Positions 61,842 through 64,000 of a stretch of 64,000 nt of DNA are shown piece after piece; within the stretch, counting starts at the first letter, position 1, and each line of letters opens with the position of its first letter. Origin of the DNA: Tubulanus polymorphus. Taxonomy: Eukaryota > Animalia > Nemertea. Under the pieces are notes generated by a model. That model ran no database searches and was not told the DNA's origin. It saw only the letters and a program-made list of their open reading frames with translations. The stretch spans positions 28,128,299 through 28,192,298 of the forward strand of contig NC_134025.1 in the NCBI RefSeq assembly GCF_964204645.1. Direction: 5' to 3'. A program made the position numbers and the translations under genes.

Positions 61842-64000
61842 TTAATTTCTGTTAATTGTCATTCGTAGAGTAGTTACGTATGTTATAAAATTATTCTTCA
61901 GTGGATTCATTACATGTTTATTACAAAGTAATGTAACAGCTATAAATATACCTTGACACGAATTTAAACCATCAAATATGTACCATACTATTTCCTGTTC
62001 TACAGCTATAGCTACAAATCCTATAATCCACGTCAAACCGATAATTATTGACATACGAAAAAATATATTGATTAAGGTCCGATGGACGGGCTGTTGATTC
62101 AAGGATTTCTTAGAACGAATTATACTCCTGATGATCAATACCGACATAACGGTATTACCGATAATAATAAGACCTACTGGTACAACAAAACTGTACAATA
62201 GGAAATTGAAATCTTTGATCCAACAGATTCTCGGATTTCCATAAACTACACCACGCAGAGACGTAGTGTCGCTGAAATGCAAGAATATACAAGGTATAAC
62301 TACCGAAATCGGAAGTAACCAGATTACTACAAGAAACCGAATGATTGATTTGTTCTGGTTAAACTTGAAAACTGTTGCTAGATTCGACGATAAAACGAAA
62401 TACATGTCAATGGCCAACGCCTTCATCGATACAAATACAACCAACCAAATGTAGTGTTTCAAAGCGGCAAAAGCCACGCATAAATACGAATTCGTAATTT
62501 CCATAGTCGAAACGAGTAAAATGTGAGACAAAATCAACGAAATCGAAAGATTTAACAAAAGCTTACCAGGGAATGTTCGAAGTTTTGGCAAAATTATATA
62601 CATCATGACAGTCAAAGAAAGGCATATGATAGAAAGGCTACTTCCAGTTATAGTAATAATGAAATCAGTTGAAATTCGCGTAAGCTTAGTTGTTTTACAT
62701 TTGTATGTTTTGTTGTTAGCGCTCTCAACAACTCGAATGCAATCTCGTAAAGGAGCCACGCACTTTTTCTTGTAGAAGTTTATTGGTCCGTAGTTGGTTC
62801 GGTTTAACTTGTAAACTTCGATTTCTCTCGTTTTCTCAGTGTAGATAATATTCTGACGTGATTTGGCTCCAATCATCGGTTTGAATATTTCGAATTGATT
62901 GCAGTTAGTTTCATCATCAGTTTGCATAATCAATTCCACATCAACTGCAAATATTTGATCTTCAAACACCCAGGTGGATAACAAATTCGTAATTTCCATT
63001 TCTTGCCGCCATAATGTATTTGAATCGAGGTTAGATGATACCAAATCAAATTCTTTTTCACCCGAAAAGCTGTAATTTCCTCTAAAAAAACTTGATTCTA
63101 TGATTGTCTCTTCATAGTGGTAAATCAACATAGCATTCCAACTGCAATCCTTTCCAAGATACCACAACCATTTATTCAGGTCGTCGATGTCACCTACAAT
63201 AGGCGTTACTTTAGTGCTTTCCAATGTATATTTTATCTTCATTTGAACATTAATAATCATTCTAGTTCGGTCTAAACTACACATTTCACCATTTTTCTTG
63301 TATCCTAACGCGCACCCCTCTTTAACACACATCAGCTTGGTGTAATCAAATATTTCATTATAGTCATCACATTCAGATGTTATTGGGAACAAAAAGACAT
63401 TGTTACCTCGAGTTTTTAAACCACTTGTTAAGCTAAAATCTAAAAGAATATTGAGTCCACCGATTACATACGTTGGCGATTTTTTACGCGGTTCTATACA
63501 AAATAGATTATCTTCTTCAATCTTTTTAGCCTTTTGCAAACAAACAATACAGTGATAATTCTTATAGACAATCATTTTCCCGTCCTCGATGCGCGCAACA
63601 GGTTGGTAAACAATTTTACATGCCCTACAGTCAGGGCTGTTATAATTTGAGAGGTAATAGGGACTACTTGATTTTTGGAGGCCTCGAGGATTTTCAATAT
63701 CGTTTAGAAATTCGTAAGTGTTCATCGAAATGACGTCATTGCTAGGAAACCAATTTCCGAGACATTCAATTTTTTGCATTTCAGGCTTAGCAGTGAATAT
63801 GATTGAACAATCTTGCTGTATTTCCGATAGTTTACTTACATTTGATAAAATTGCGTTCAGTTCGTTTCTCGTAGTTAGATTTTTACATTCGAGTGTGATT
63901 TCGGGTAGAGTTAATTCAGATAATTCAAAACCGTGACATTGCGCGCAAAATATATTACGAAAAGGCAGAACTCCCTTCACGTGTACAGGCATCTCGTCAT
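61842..64000 (-). CDS. Family-B (adhesion/Methuselah-like) 7TM GPCR with Cys-rich ectodomain, intronless in this window, 5'-partial
   Basis: Repeated (F/Y)xNxxCxxC ectodomain motifs. TM region: GSSLSIICLSLTVMMY..LPKLRTFPGKLLLNLSISL, CVAFAALKHYIWL, VYGNPRICWI, GLTWIIGFVA, NSCQGIFI. The frame stays open to the window edge. Confidence 0.85.
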   Translation of the reverse strand, partial: DEMPVHVKGVLPFRNIFCAQCHGFELSELTLPEITLECKNLTTRNELNAILSNVSKLSEIQQDCSIIFTAKPEMQKIECLGNWFPSNDVISMNTYEFLNDIENPRGLQKSSSPYYLSNYNSPDCRACKIVYQPVARIEDGKMIVYKNYHCIVCLQKAKKIEEDNLFCIEPRKKSPTYVIGGLNILLDFSLTSGLKTRGNNVFLFPITSECDDYNEIFDYTKLMCVKEGCALGYKKNGEMCSLDRTRMIINVQMKIKYTLESTKVTPIVGDIDDLNKWLWYLGKDCSWNAMLIYHYEETIIESSFFRGNYSFSGEKEFDLVSSNLDSNTLWRQEMEITNLLSTWVFEDQIFAVDVELIMQTDDETNCNQFEIFKPMIGAKSRQNIIYTEKTREIEVYKLNRTNYGPINFYKKKCVAPLRDCIRVVESANNKTYKCKTTKLTRISTDFIITITGSSLSIICLSLTVMMYIILPKLRTFPGKLLLNLSISLILSHILLVSTMEITNSYLCVAFAALKHYIWLVVFVSMKALAIDMYFVLSSNLATVFKFNQNKSIIRFLVVIWLLPISVVIPCIFLHFSDTTSLRGVVYGNPRICWIKDFNFLLYSFVVPVGLIIIGNTVMSVLIIRSIIRSKKSLNQQPVHRTLINIFFRMSIIIGLTWIIGFVAIAVEQEIVWYIFDGLNSCQGIFIAVTLLCNKHVMNPLKNNFITYVTTLRMTINRN

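Overview
AT-rich, intron-dense animal genomic DNA (invertebrate, probably lophotrochozoan; inferred). It holds seven protein-coding loci: tensin (+, 5'-partial), DOP1/Dopey (-), an intronless DUSP22/15-like phosphatase (+), a Cys/His zinc-finger-like gene (+), MLH3 (-), the RPS6KC1-type PX-MIT-pseudokinase (+) and an intronless family-B/adhesion-Mth-like GPCR (-, 5'-partial) with a duplicated TM6-7 fragment. The most unusual feature is a 4.26-kb non-coding element (38870-43129) between divergently transcribed DOP1 and DUSP. It has an 8-bp flanking direct repeat (GAAAATTT), ~100-bp imperfect terminal inverted repeats built from a 17-bp motif, and a 14-unit internal satellite built from the same motif with a 699-bp higher-order repeat. 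Also present are a tRNA-CORE-L2-type SINE, CAG-terminated MITEs with 5-bp target duplications, two Tc1/pogo-type MITEs, a tensin phosphatase domain with intact CX5R but WPD changed to WPA, and a WW-like segment in MLH3. Exon boundaries were read by eye from GT-AG sites. No database searches were run.
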